DNA from: Candidatus Thorarchaeota archaeon
GTDB lineage: Archaea > Asgardarchaeota > Heimdallarchaeia > Heimdallarchaeales > Heimdallarchaeaceae
Assembly: GCA_048883065.1 (NCBI GenBank)
Contig: JBHLQZ010000001.1
Span: forward strand, 1-54,936
Length of the DNA: 54,936 bases
Direction: 5' to 3'
In this document: positions 54,254 to 54,936 of the stretch, in pieces
How the letters are laid out: each line of letters starts with the position of its first letter
How positions within the stretch are numbered: position 1 is the first letter of the stretch
Made by a program: the position numbers and the translations under genes
The notes under the pieces: generated by a model
Told to the model about the DNA's origin: nothing
The model's database searches: none
What the model saw: the letters and a program-made list of their open reading frames with translations, nothing else

Positions 54254-54871
54254 CTAGCCTATAACATATAATTCCAAGAAAGTAAAAATCCCTGAATACA
54301 AGAAATCTTCTAATTGTGTATTAAATTTCCATATTTCAAAAACGATTTTTACACCACCTTCTCCTGAAAGTAAAGAATCAAATTGATCTGAAAAATACAA
54401 AGTTACATTTGTTGGACTCCAAATATAATTTCCTGTAAAAACATTAATTTCCTGTTTCTCTTGTTTAGTTGCTGGAAAGAGAATTTTTTCATAAGTGTGA
54501 TTTAAATACATTAAATAGCAATCAGTTGTAGCCAAAGGAGATTCAGGTTTTACCGCTTGAGATAATTTTGTTATCTTAATTTGAAGTTGATAATATGTTA
54601 TTTTGTTTTCAAAATTTTTGATCATAAAATAAATAGTGAAATTAATGTGTCTATGAAGAAAATAAGGTTGTTTGGCAGTTTCATATACGCTTTCTACTTG
54701 ATTGTATTGTAATAATGCTATTTCAGAGAATCCTTCTCTTGGATATGAAAAAAATGTAGTACTAAATATTGTAATAATAACGATAATAATTATGAAAACA
54801 ACTAAAAGCGAAATGAATCTCTTTACATTAGATTTTTTAGAAATTATTTTACTAAGCTTTTTTTTCACCAT
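54254..54871 (-). CDS. N-terminally membrane-anchored hypothetical protein
   Basis: Basic N-terminus, one TM helix (LLVVFIIIIVIITIFSTTFF), then a beta-rich ectodomain. GGAG lies about 10 nt upstream of the ATG. No family recognised. Confidence 0.5.
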   Translation of the reverse strand: MVKKKLSKIISKKSNVKRFISLLVVFIIIIVIITIFSTTFFSYPREGFSEIALLQYNQVESVYETAKQPYFLHRHINFTIYFMIKNFENKITYYQLQIKITKLSQAVKPESPLATTDCYLMYLNHTYEKILFPATKQEKQEINVFTGNYIWSPTNVTLYFSDQFDSLLSGEGGVKIVFEIWKFNTQLEDFLYSGIFTFLELYVIG

Positions 54872-54936
54872 TGTTTAGTACTCCTTCATTTTCATATATT
54901 ATTTCTAATCTCTCATAATTTTCAACCTTCTTCATT

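Noticed and set aside
54872-54936. 27-codon minus-strand ORF at the window edge (MKKVENYERLEIIYENEGVLNNGEKKA).
   Set aside because: It is too short, overlaps the SD/start region of the 54254-54871 gene, and has no motif.
1-54936. Search for CRISPR arrays, transposases/integrases, prophage genes, toxin-antitoxin pairs and rRNA.
   Set aside because: No regularly spaced direct repeats, no DDE/tyrosine/serine recombinase motifs and no rRNA-like segments were seen. The two tRNAs are not flanked by integrase genes or by direct repeats of their 3' ends.

Overview
Visibly AT-rich, gene-dense archaeal chromosomal segment with about 60 protein genes and 2 tRNAs. I found no rRNA, CRISPR array, transposase or integrase. 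Archaeal hallmarks are ribosomal proteins uS19 and eS26, aCPSF1/FttA, sn-glycerol-1-phosphate dehydrogenase, the tRNA methyltransferases TrmY and TrmI, an overlapping NSUN/Nop2-Nip7 gene pair, and a tRNA-Arg with a bulge-helix-bulge intron. Housekeeping content includes enolase, ThiL, an M32 carboxypeptidase, cysteine synthase, an FKBP, bacterial-type UvrB/UvrC, an Opp/Dpp-type ABC importer and a MacB/FtsX-type ABC system. A presenilin homologue, an Arf-like GTPase fold, a bactofilin-like beta-helix protein and eS26 in a low-GC genome suggest an Asgard (Lokiarchaeia-like) host; this is inference only. The best candidate for an undescribed system is a tightly coupled five-gene + strand operon at 11002-16916. 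It encodes a degenerate Arf-like pseudo-GTPase, a ChlI/MoxR-like AAA+ ATPase with atypical Walker motifs, a VWA protein with an intact MIDAS motif, a 524-aa orphan protein with an HAxxH motif, and a HEAT-repeat protein. Secondary points of interest are an ECF-S-like/DUF4430/presenilin trio, a SHOCT-bactofilin fusion, an orphan A/V-ATPase subunit-E-like gene coupled to a surface protein, uS19 outside its usual cluster, and Opp permeases with extra N-terminal membrane modules and no binding-protein gene. All product calls rest on motifs read by eye; no database search was run.
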